This document shows, piece by piece, positions 1-7,346 of a stretch of DNA of 17,213 nucleotides. The position numbers and the translations under genes are program-made. The first letter of the stretch is position 1. Every line of letters begins with the position of its first letter. Where the stretch lies: contig JAVCBU010000018.1 of assembly GCA_037917685.1 (NCBI GenBank), forward strand, positions 1 to 17,213, in the 5' to 3' direction. Under the pieces are notes generated by a model that had not been told where the DNA came from, searched no databases, and saw only the letters and a list, made by a program, of their open reading frames with translations. Source of the stretch: Thermoproteota archaeon (GTDB lineage: Archaea > Korarchaeota > Korarchaeia > Korarchaeales > JAOZGB01).

Positions 1-116
1 CGCTGTTAGACTTGGCTCCTGGCAACTGAACCAGTTAAATAAATGTAGGGGTATCGGTGGAAATATCAGATACCCATCAGATACCCATTGGAGCCGTGCT
101 GTCGAACAGGATATTG

Positions 117-148
117 GTAATACTTTTATCTTTGTATTACAGTATTAT
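117..148 (+). promoter_or_regulatory. vapBC promoter (TATA-like TTTTAT at 124-129) bracketed by putative antitoxin operator half-sites
   Basis: GTAATAC (117-123) and GTATTAC (134-140) form an inverted pair around the TATA-like box, and a third near-copy GTATTAT lies at 142-148. The box is ~24 nt upstream of ATG 153, consistent with a leaderless transcript. Confidence 0.5.
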
Positions 149-152
149 CTTT

Positions 153-395
153 ATGGCTGTAATTAGTGTGAGGGTTGACCCTGAGACTAAGAGGAAGATG
201 GAGGCTTACAAGCATATTAACTGGAGCGAGGTTGTAAGGGAGGCTATAAGGGAGAGGCTACGTGCCGAGGAGAGGAGCCTTGTCAGGGCTGTCCTATTAA
301 ATGAGAAGCTTAGAAGGAAGGCTCCCAAGGGTTGGAGTAGCGTTGAGGTTGTAAGGTATTGGAGGGAGCATAGGTATGGAAAGCCTCGTGGTTGA
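153..395 (+). CDS. vapB: VapB-type ribbon-helix-helix antitoxin (80 aa; true start ATG 153, not GTG 57)
   Basis: MAVISVRVDPETKRKMEAYKHINWSEVVREAIRERL is a classic archaeal RHH antitoxin (beta strand plus INWSEVVR helix) with a C-terminal SSVEVVRYWRE motif. It overlaps the downstream PIN gene. Confidence 0.88.
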   Translation: MAVISVRVDPETKRKMEAYKHINWSEVVREAIRERLRAEERSLVRAVLLNEKLRRKAPKGWSSVEVVRYWREHRYGKPRG

Positions 396-798
396 CGCGT
401 CCATAGTTGTCAAATGGTATATTGTCGAGAAATACTCGGAGGAGGCGCTAAAGCTCAGGGATATGCATGTTAACGGTGAACTCCTACTTGTCGCCCCCAG
501 CTTGCTGCCATACGAGGTTCTCAACGCCCTAAAACATTCTAGCCTCTACTCCATGGACGAGCTCAAGCTGGCTGCAGAATCCCTGCTGAAATACGGCATA
601 CGCTTGGAGCCTCTAACCACCAGATATGCTGAGAAAAGCGTTGAACTAGCCGTGGAGAACGGGATCACAATATACGACGCGTCCTATATCGCTGTTGCGT
701 TAATAAAAGGTATAAGAATGGTGACAGCTGACAGTGGACTGATCGAAAAGCTCAGCCCGAAGGTCAGGGAAAGCATACTACACATAAGTGAGGTTTAA
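376..798 (+). CDS. vapC: VapC PIN-domain ribonuclease toxin
   Basis: PIN acidic motifs VVDASIVVKW, YEVLNAL, ITIYDASYIAVA and VTADSGL. It is 140 aa and overlaps vapB by 20 nt. Confidence 0.93.
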   Translation: MESLVVDASIVVKWYIVEKYSEEALKLRDMHVNGELLLVAPSLLPYEVLNALKHSSLYSMDELKLAAESLLKYGIRLEPLTTRYAEKSVELAVENGITIYDASYIAVALIKGIRMVTADSGLIEKLSPKVRESILHISEV

Positions 799-888
799 AG
801 CACTCATGAAGCCTCGCCAAGGAAATACACTCCTGGGCAGGAGAAGGCCGTGGGATGGTAAACCATTACGGACGCTGAAGGTGCGGAT

Positions 889-1044
889 GACCTACGCAGA
901 TGCTTATGCTTACATATATGAGCAGAACTCAAATGATAGGTATGGAAGTAGGGATACTGGGGGATGGGGTTTCTCTTTCCTAAGCATATAATAGCCGGAT
1001 GCGATAAATGTTTCGTCAGCTGTCCTTTCAGCTATGGAAGCTAG
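889..1044 (+). pseudogene. Possible decayed 3' fragment of a QueG/epoxyqueuosine-reductase-like Fe-S protein
   Basis: One frame reads DLRRCLCLHI*AELK**VWK*GYWGMGFLFPKHIIAGCDKCFVSCPFSYGS*. DxRRC followed by GCDxCxxxCPF resembles the QueG C-terminal Cys motifs. There are four internal stops and no start. Confidence 0.3.
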
Positions 1045-1598
1045 AGCATTCTAAGCGTTAATGAGACTGCAATGCCAAGGGCTAATAACAATAGTATTGA
1101 GAGAGCTGCTCTGCGCCTCGTCATCTCGTGAAGCTGGCCTATCCCCACCGTTATGATCAGCAGGGACCAGGGTATGGTGAGAACCATCAGCTGTGGTATA
1201 ACCATGGTTGTTAGGCTTGGCGTGGAACCATAGGCTACAGCCTTAAAAGTCTGCCTGTACCCGGCTTTTCCGCCCAGGATCTTAACCGCCATGTGGAGCA
1301 GCGCTGAAGCCGCTGCCATCGTGGTAATACCCATTATGACCGTGAATGGTATAACACCGACCAGGGCTATTGGCAGTGCGGTTGCATATCTTTCTCGTGG
1401 CGCGATTCCCCGGAGGAAGGGCTCCACCATGTAGTATCCGACGGATGAGAGGATGGCGGCTTCTATCGCCAACAGTACTGTAAGGTACTGGATCGCCTCC
1501 TTAAACCCCTCCTTCTCAATCATTTTAAAGGATTCATAGGCTTTCCCTGGCCTAAACATGCTGGGAAATCTTGCTAGAACCTGTTTTAAACCCATCAT
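1041..1598 (-). CDS. Yip1-family multi-pass membrane protein
   Basis: N-terminal 'MFRPGKAYESF', about five hydrophobic segments, and the Yip1 motifs 'LHMAVKILGGKAGYRQTFKAVAYGSTP' and 'WSLLIITVGIGQLHEMTRRRAA'. SD GAGGTG precedes ATG 1598 and overlaps the upstream stop. Confidence 0.85.
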   Translation of the reverse strand: MMGLKQVLARFPSMFRPGKAYESFKMIEKEGFKEAIQYLTVLLAIEAAILSSVGYYMVEPFLRGIAPRERYATALPIALVGVIPFTVIMGITTMAAASALLHMAVKILGGKAGYRQTFKAVAYGSTPSLTTMVIPQLMVLTIPWSLLIITVGIGQLHEMTRRRAALSILLLLALGIAVSLTLRML

Positions 1599-1606
1599 CT
1601 CCACCT

Positions 1607-4600
1607 CTACTCTTTAGTCACATATCTTAAGCAGTACCTCCACAGTGGAATCGTACAGGGCCTATGGCTTTCGAATATGTACCCTACTATGCCTACAAGC
1701 TCGTAGCCCTCCTTCCCCTCGGCATACATGTCTGTGGATTCCATGTGGTCCCTGGACTTCTCATTCCAAAAACTGTAGAGAGCTACAGTCCCAGGAGGCT
1801 TAGGCGCGTTGGTTGGGTAGATATACCCCACGATCCCGGTTAGTAGGTAGCCGTCTTCAGGTTCAGGGTTGGTAGACGAGTAGTAGTCCTCAGTGTCAGG
1901 ATTGTAGAAGCGGTATAGTGGAACTGTCCCTGGAGCCTCGTTATTAAATACGTAGCCTAATACCATGTCTCTGGAGTAGCCTTTAAGCGGTGAGAAGAGG
2001 AAAGTCCTCGTATAAAGGCATGGGTCCGTGGACACGATCTTTATAGACTTTTCACCTGCACTCACCATCATCCACAGGATTACAGCCTTATGCGCGAAGT
2101 CGCAGTTTACACAGTTAACTGATGGGATAAAGCCAAGGCTGTAGTCGGGTATGCCGTCAACCCCTCCCAGGTACATATCAGCGTCTCTAGCCACCTTGGT
2201 TAGATTAACATAGCCACCTGGGTCTGTCTCACTAGAATACCCCAGAAATCCCATGAGTACGTACGCCTGTAGGAAGTCCGTAACATCCCCGCTCACCAGA
2301 TAGTAGTGCCAGCTATATCCATCCGTGTTAGGAGTTTTACTGCCATAAAGATATATTTCAACACTGTTTGAGGGTGGCTCGGTGAATATGTAGCCTACAG
2401 GCTTCTCTTTAAGGAAGCCATTGATAAATACGATTGTTTCGCCGCAAGGGTCCAAGCTTAATGCGTGCTTCCACCTCACAACCTCCTTTGGACATCCCCA
2501 GCCAAACAATGCACATCCTACATCCTTAAAGAAGTCGCCTATTGCCTCGAAAAAGCTTGCGATGGCCTCTCCTACGGCCTCGAAGAAGTCTCCCATGCTC
2601 TCGAATATGTCTAGGAAGAGGTTTCCCAGATTTTTAAGCCATTCTAAAGGATCCGTGAATAGAGTTTTAACATCTAATACCCCAGCTATATCATTGATAA
2701 TCTGTCCAGCACTCATCAAGATACTCCCGGCAATATTGCCAAAGAATCCTGTGAAAAAGTCCATTCCTGGGACATAGCTCAACCCAACATTTATTATAGT
2801 TGTAATGCCTGATCCGACGGCTAAGACAAGATTACCTATTAGACCTACTACTCCTCCTAGCAAATTCCCCTCTTCAAAGTTATCAAGCCCCTCCATGAAC
2901 TGAAATATGCTGTATGCCAGGGCAAGCTTGTCTCTGATATTCTCTACATCACCTGGTGGGAGTTCGTAGCTGTCTGGAGCAATTGCGATACATAGTTTCG
3001 TCCAAAGGTGGACACCTTTACATGTTGTCTCCTTCCAGTACTTGTCGATTACATATTCAGGAACTGCGATCTGACCCAGGTTTGGCTCGTAAAAACCTAT
3101 GTAAGGCTCGCCCTCAACCATCCCATAGGATATTACGACAACCCAGTGGCCAGGACCATCAATCACATCCGTCGTGTCCGGTCTTGCTATGATATTAAGC
3201 ATTACAGGGATTCCCCTCCTTACCAGGCTTCTCACAAAGTTCAGGTCTGCATTATTGTATATTTGAGCGTCAAGCCCCTGCATCTGCGCATAGTCAGCTA
3301 TAGCCAAGGGGTCGGTTCCCATAACCACAACTGAGTCGTCCCTTATCCACTCGTCGACATCCCAAGGCATGACGTCCACCCCCCAGTACCTTAACACGTA
3401 AGCCAGGCATGTCGTTCCACACGCATTTTTCCTCTGGGTTGGAAGCCAGATGGAGTCTACTATGTAGTCTCTCATCACAAAATTCATTATGGAACCATTT
3501 TTCACATTGAGAATTATGCAATATCTGCCATGGATTCTAGAAAATCTCTCCTCTACCTTTTTACCCTTAAAGGTTTCGTGATAGCTGCCTTCATGTGTCC
3601 ATATACTCCACTCCCACTCATCGAATTTAACAGTGCTTTCCTCCTTACCCTCAAATATGTAGTCTGAACCGCCGTCTCCATAGGAGATTGTAAAGCTTGG
3701 GAGGGGTTGATCGTCGTTGCCCAGCTTCTTACTTCCCGACTCTCCAACGTAAACTGATCTTACAAGGAAGGATTCCCCTGCCTCATTATCCTTAACAGTG
3801 AGTCTTATATTATATCTTGCAGCTGGGGTTCCATTCACAGTGAAGGGTGTACTAGTGGGGTTATAAGTGTGTGTGATCGGGGTTGGTGGTGGATTATCCT
3901 TATTATATGTTTCTACTGTTCCGTCGCCAAAGTCGAAGGTCCATTCTACTATTTCACCATCGTCATCTCTACTTTTGTCTTCAATTTCTACTTCCAGGCC
4001 GTTCACCCTAACTGTGAAGTCTGGGTAGGGCATCTTATTCACATGTATGTTTGCAGCATCCCAGGGTTTAGCGGTTAACTCTCTTAGAAGCTTGCCCTCT
4101 GAGTCCCTGTAGTACTGGCCTCCACACTCCTTTCTACCTATTAGCATGAGGCTGTTCTCCTCCCATGGAATAGGGATTCTAGGCTCCTCAAACCATTTTC
4201 TAGCGGTTGACGGCTCGCGTCCGTGGGCGGCTTCAGGACTCAATTTTACGTTGATTGTGGTGGAATATTCGTTGTCGTTCTCGTTGGTTTCAGCGACAGC
4301 CCCGTCTGGGTCGGCCTTTGCTTTAAGGTCGTACGTGCCTGCATCCACGAAGAACAGGTATTTTTCAAGTGTAACCCTGGTGATTCCGCCCCCGCCTATC
4401 GAGTTAACTTCCTTCCTTACGCCTTCGCAGCAGCTCCATCTTAATTCGAGAATGAATGGTCCTGACTCTTCGCTACCGGTGTTCTCGATCGTAACTGTTA
4501 CGGTTATCGGCTGGAATATTGTGGGCTCCGGAGGGTCTATCGCTATACTTGTGACCTTAAGATTTACATCCGGCGTCCCGTATGAGGTGACAGCTCCTTG

Positions 4601-4657
4601 ACCGGTAACTGTAAGGAGGATGAGGATTGTTAAGGAGATTACCCTTTCAAAGTTCAT
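1607..4657 (-). CDS. Secreted multidomain protein: signal peptide, CARDB, PKD x2, C39-like cysteine peptidase, amphipathic helical region, DUF5648-like repeats
   Basis: Signal peptide (ISLTILILLTVTGQG). CARDB (ITVTVTIENTG...ADPDGAVAETNENDN). PKD (EIVEWTFDFGDG...IRLTVKDNEAG). C39-like motifs QRKNAC413GTTCL, GH504WVVV and FYE524PN. Gly-rich amphipathic stretch at aa ~596-723. C-terminal repeats PLYRFYN...DYYSSTN...GY...GIVGYIY. SD GGAGGTG upstream. Confidence 0.85.
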   Translation of the reverse strand: MNFERVISLTILILLTVTGQGAVTSYGTPDVNLKVTSIAIDPPEPTIFQPITVTVTIENTGSEESGPFILELRWSCCEGVRKEVNSIGGGGITRVTLEKYLFFVDAGTYDLKAKADPDGAVAETNENDNEYSTTINVKLSPEAAHGREPSTARKWFEEPRIPIPWEENSLMLIGRKECGGQYYRDSEGKLLRELTAKPWDAANIHVNKMPYPDFTVRVNGLEVEIEDKSRDDDGEIVEWTFDFGDGTVETYNKDNPPPTPITHTYNPTSTPFTVNGTPAARYNIRLTVKDNEAGESFLVRSVYVGESGSKKLGNDDQPLPSFTISYGDGGSDYIFEGKEESTVKFDEWEWSIWTHEGSYHETFKGKKVEERFSRIHGRYCIILNVKNGSIMNFVMRDYIVDSIWLPTQRKNACGTTCLAYVLRYWGVDVMPWDVDEWIRDDSVVVMGTDPLAIADYAQMQGLDAQIYNNADLNFVRSLVRRGIPVMLNIIARPDTTDVIDGPGHWVVVISYGMVEGEPYIGFYEPNLGQIAVPEYVIDKYWKETTCKGVHLWTKLCIAIAPDSYELPPGDVENIRDKLALAYSIFQFMEGLDNFEEGNLLGGVVGLIGNLVLAVGSGITTIINVGLSYVPGMDFFTGFFGNIAGSILMSAGQIINDIAGVLDVKTLFTDPLEWLKNLGNLFLDIFESMGDFFEAVGEAIASFFEAIGDFFKDVGCALFGWGCPKEVVRWKHALSLDPCGETIVFINGFLKEKPVGYIFTEPPSNSVEIYLYGSKTPNTDGYSWHYYLVSGDVTDFLQAYVLMGFLGYSSETDPGGYVNLTKVARDADMYLGGVDGIPDYSLGFIPSVNCVNCDFAHKAVILWMMVSAGEKSIKIVSTDPCLYTRTFLFSPLKGYSRDMVLGYVFNNEAPGTVPLYRFYNPDTEDYYSSTNPEPEDGYLLTGIVGYIYPTNAPKPPGTVALYSFWNEKSRDHMESTDMYAEGKEGYELVGIVGYIFESHRPCTIPLWRYCLRYVTKE

Positions 4658-6935
4658 CTTTCACACCTCCCACGTATAGCTTGTCGTCTTCGTCTATTAC
4701 TATTAGGATTTCATCCCTTCCATCGCCTTCGATGTCCCCGCATGCCAGCCCGTCGTAGGGTGTGAACCTCATGTACTGCACCTTCAGAAGGCCGAGGGAT
4801 GCACTGTAAATGTAGACTGCATCATCTTCGTCTATTGCGACCACTATCTCCTGTTTCTCGTCTCCCATAACATTTCCAAGGTATACTCCATCCTTCTTTG
4901 TGAACCTTGCAGTTATAACATTTATTTCCCTGAGACCTACGCCAGGGACATACTCATACACATATATCTCACTGTCATCCCCGTTTCTGTTTCTTAGCAT
5001 AACTATCTCGGCTTTCTCATCTCCTATAACGTCGCCTACCAGAAAGCCGTCGTAGGCGGAGCCCTTGTGATCCTCGCCGTACGTGTAACGGCAGCCTTCA
5101 AACTCCCAGCCTAGGACAGACTTATCAATATTTATGGTGCCTTCACCTGTGAGTTTCAGGTTTCCGGAGCTGTCTTTTACAAGGCTGTATATGTAGATCT
5201 TCTTATCCTCGTCAACCGCTATAAGAATCTCATTTTCACCGTCACCATCTATGTCCCCAACACCTATCCCGTCGTACTTCGTAAACCTTACGTCGAACTC
5301 CCCGATCTTAAGGCCGTATCTATTTTCTCCTTGGTATGCGGTGTAGACCCGGAGCTTCCCCCCGTCGTCGTTGGCAACCACTATAAGCTCTTCTCCAGGC
5401 CAGTCCTCGGCTACCTCTCCAACTATGAGCCTGTCGTGCCATGTGTAGAATGCTTCAAAGGTACACAGCAGCTCTCCAGCGTAGTTGTAGACGTAGAACA
5501 GGCCGTTGTCCCCGTCCGCATCCTCGTCTATCGTTATGATGATCTCATCTCCTGGGAGGTCTGGGAATATGTCTCCCGAAGCAATGTCGTCGTAGTGGGT
5601 GAACCTGGCTTCGAACACGCTGCTCCACCCGCAGCCGCACGGCACCCTCGTAATATTCAGTATCAGGGTGAACTCGCCGTGATTGCCGTCATGATCGCAT
5701 ATCTCCACCTTCAGCATGGCTGAGGAGCAGTTTCCGTAGGGCCCCAAACTGTATGATAGCTCCCTCCTGTACACCATCGGCTCCCGGATTGTAATCTCAT
5801 CTATCACTTCCTCATGCTCGGCTCCATCCCTGGATCTTGAAGCCTCAAAAACCTTTATAGTGTAGAGCCCTGAGCCGCCCTCATTGTCCCTCACCACGAT
5901 GTCGAGGTCAACCCTCTGCATGCTACTAATCCTCTTAACTATCCTCTCGACGGGGCCGGACGGTATCCCTGGAGCAGGCTTCCCAGATATCTCGAACCTT
6001 TCAATGCTTACTGTTGGCTTAACGGTCTCGCTTGGCCGGAAGATAAACAATGCCCTCGCCTCTGAGAAGCCTACGTCGAGTGTGATACTCTCAGGGCTAC
6101 ATGGTATCGAGGGCCTGACAACCCAAGTACCATGTAGAACCTGGGTAAATCTGCAGATGAAAATGTTGTAAGGCTCGCCTTCACGGTACTCGGCTGTTAA
6201 GCTTCTAGACTCCAAAACGTTGCCTCTGGCGTCAATCCTCTCAGCAACAACTACACACTCGTAGGTGGATAGGCATTTTGGCACATACTCCACTATAACT
6301 TTAATAGAGCTGTAGGCTGGGGCAGGCGTCGTTGTAGGCGGCGTCGTGGTCGGCGGTGGGGTAGTTGACGGTGGAGGAGTGGTGGTGGGAATCGGCGGGG
6401 CTGAAACCTTAATGTGGCAGGCATGCCAGTAGGGAGGGCCCTCCCTATATATCGGTGTCCCAGCCACCGCTGTAGGGATGAACACGATGTAGGAGGGCCA
6501 TAAAATCCACTCCCCCTCCTCGTTCAGTACAACCTCGCTTGCAATGAGGGTAGCCGTCTCACCAGGATTCAGACTTCCAACTTCCTGCCTGTAAATAGGC
6601 TTTCTCTCCCCGGAAGGCGTCTCAGCCATCAGGACAAGCCCCCCTTGACCAAATGAAAACTCCTTCTCCTCCCCCACATATGTTATCTTAAAGGAGACCC
6701 TAAGCACCGTGGACGTGGTGACGACAGGGTCGAAACTTTCAACTTTGAAATCTGTAAGCTGGAGGTTATCATCTGATACATCTGGACCCTCATAGTGGCA
6801 GATGACGTATGGCGGCTGAAAACCCCTAACCGCAGACTTGAACAGTGTAAGAAGAGTCAGAACAGAGAGTAGAAGATAGACATCTCTTCTATTAAGACTC
6901 AAGCCAACCCTGTTCACAGTCAAAACCTTCCCCAC
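4647..6935 (-). CDS. Secreted/surface protein with Ig-like domains, Pro/Thr linker and six C-terminal FG-GAP/VCBS-like beta-propeller repeats
   Basis: N-terminal hydrophobic signal/anchor (RRDVYLLLSVLTLLTLFKS), a PT linker, and six repeats of consensus RFTxYDGxxxGD(I/V)xGDxxxEI(L/V)IxxDED.K.Y.Y carrying DxxGDG Ca2+-loops. GGTGA SD (6939-6943) precedes the GTG start. The gene overlaps the next one by 11 nt. Confidence 0.85.
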   Translation of the reverse strand: MGKVLTVNRVGLSLNRRDVYLLLSVLTLLTLFKSAVRGFQPPYVICHYEGPDVSDDNLQLTDFKVESFDPVVTTSTVLRVSFKITYVGEEKEFSFGQGGLVLMAETPSGERKPIYRQEVGSLNPGETATLIASEVVLNEEGEWILWPSYIVFIPTAVAGTPIYREGPPYWHACHIKVSAPPIPTTTPPPSTTPPPTTTPPTTTPAPAYSSIKVIVEYVPKCLSTYECVVVAERIDARGNVLESRSLTAEYREGEPYNIFICRFTQVLHGTWVVRPSIPCSPESITLDVGFSEARALFIFRPSETVKPTVSIERFEISGKPAPGIPSGPVERIVKRISSMQRVDLDIVVRDNEGGSGLYTIKVFEASRSRDGAEHEEVIDEITIREPMVYRRELSYSLGPYGNCSSAMLKVEICDHDGNHGEFTLILNITRVPCGCGWSSVFEARFTHYDDIASGDIFPDLPGDEIIITIDEDADGDNGLFYVYNYAGELLCTFEAFYTWHDRLIVGEVAEDWPGEELIVVANDDGGKLRVYTAYQGENRYGLKIGEFDVRFTKYDGIGVGDIDGDGENEILIAVDEDKKIYIYSLVKDSSGNLKLTGEGTINIDKSVLGWEFEGCRYTYGEDHKGSAYDGFLVGDVIGDEKAEIVMLRNRNGDDSEIYVYEYVPGVGLREINVITARFTKKDGVYLGNVMGDEKQEIVVAIDEDDAVYIYSASLGLLKVQYMRFTPYDGLACGDIEGDGRDEILIVIDEDDKLYVGGVKDEL
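4650..5620 (-). repeat. Six protein-level FG-GAP-like repeats (~45-65 aa)
   Basis: RFTHYDDIASGDIFPD, FYTWHDRLIVGEVAED, RFTKYDGIGVGDIDGD, RYTY..AYDGFLVGDVIGD, RFTKKDGVYLGNVMGD, RFTPYDGLACGDIEGD. Confidence 0.85.
6315..6402 (-). repeat. Low-complexity Pro/Thr linker
   Basis: APPIPTTTPPPSTTPPPTTTPPTTTPAPA, typical of glycosylated spacers in extracellular proteins. Confidence 0.85.
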
Positions 6936-6955
6936 TATTCACCTAATATCCATAA

Positions 6956-7180
6956 AAAAACTTTTGGTTCAATCTATATGATGAAGAGGTAATAGCTGTT
7001 ACTGGTACAGGCTGGCTTGGTGGAGGAGCTAACTGTGCATTGATAATTCGTCCATCAATTTTGCCCGACGCTTGGTTCATCGTTGTAGAAAAAGGCATAG
7101 AAGTTAGGGAAATTATTACCATATCAAGACTAAAATTCTCTCAAAAGTTAATCTGTATACTTAGGAATTTGATACTATGA
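6956..7180 (+). pseudogene. 5'-truncated fragment of an archaeal pyruvate-kinase alpha/beta (PK_C)-domain protein (COG1751-like)
   Basis: A start-less frame reads ...YDEEVIAVTGTGWLGGGANCALIIRPSILPDAWFIVVEKGIEVREIITISR..., resembling the recalled family C-terminus 'EEVIAIAGTG.GADTA.VI.PA...F....VREII.KPR'. It is preceded by TAA at 6953-6955 and is absent from the ORF track. Confidence 0.6.
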
Positions 7181-7203
7181 AGCCTTTAAGACTGAGGAAC
7201 AAA

Positions 7204-7232
7204 GATCCCCCTACTTAAAGGGGAGTGTCAAC
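7204..7232 (+). mobile_element. Possible orphan right-end hairpin of an IS200/IS605 (TnpB-associated) element
   Basis: GATCCCCCTACTTAAAGGGGAGTGTCAAC: a CCCCT/AGGGG stem followed by GTGTCAA, resembling IS605/IS1341-group right ends (..ATCCCC-N-GGGGAG..GTCAA). No transposase or tnpB is visible. Confidence 0.35.
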
Positions 7233-7346
7233 AGCCTATTCTACTGCTTATTTTGTCTTCTATCCATGTTTATACTTACACCAGTACTGAATAGTGTATA
7301 CTCAAACTTTTTAACCGTTCCAACACACACTACAGAAGACAATATA

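Noticed and set aside
57-152. N-terminal extension of vapB in the ORF track
   Set aside because: It spans the promoter, and the RHH fold begins at ATG 153.
788-991. 67-aa ORF after vapC
   Set aside because: It has no recognisable fold or SD, and it overlaps a probable decayed remnant in another frame.
1607-2100. Possible diversity-generating retroelement variable region at the C-terminus
   Set aside because: No template repeat with A-specific mismatches and no reverse transcriptase is visible in the window.
4647-4675. C-terminal KDEL (eukaryotic ER-retention signal) on the propeller protein
   Set aside because: GGVKDEL is dictated by the overlapping SD and start of the next gene (GGAGGTGTGAAAG-ATG-AAC-TTT-GA). 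It is coincidental and not a eukaryote-like signal.
2421-6171. Numerous antisense or alternative-frame ORFs within the two large genes
   Set aside because: These are shadow ORFs of long coding sequences with no motifs. The same applies to those inside the C45, feoB, M18 and membrane genes.
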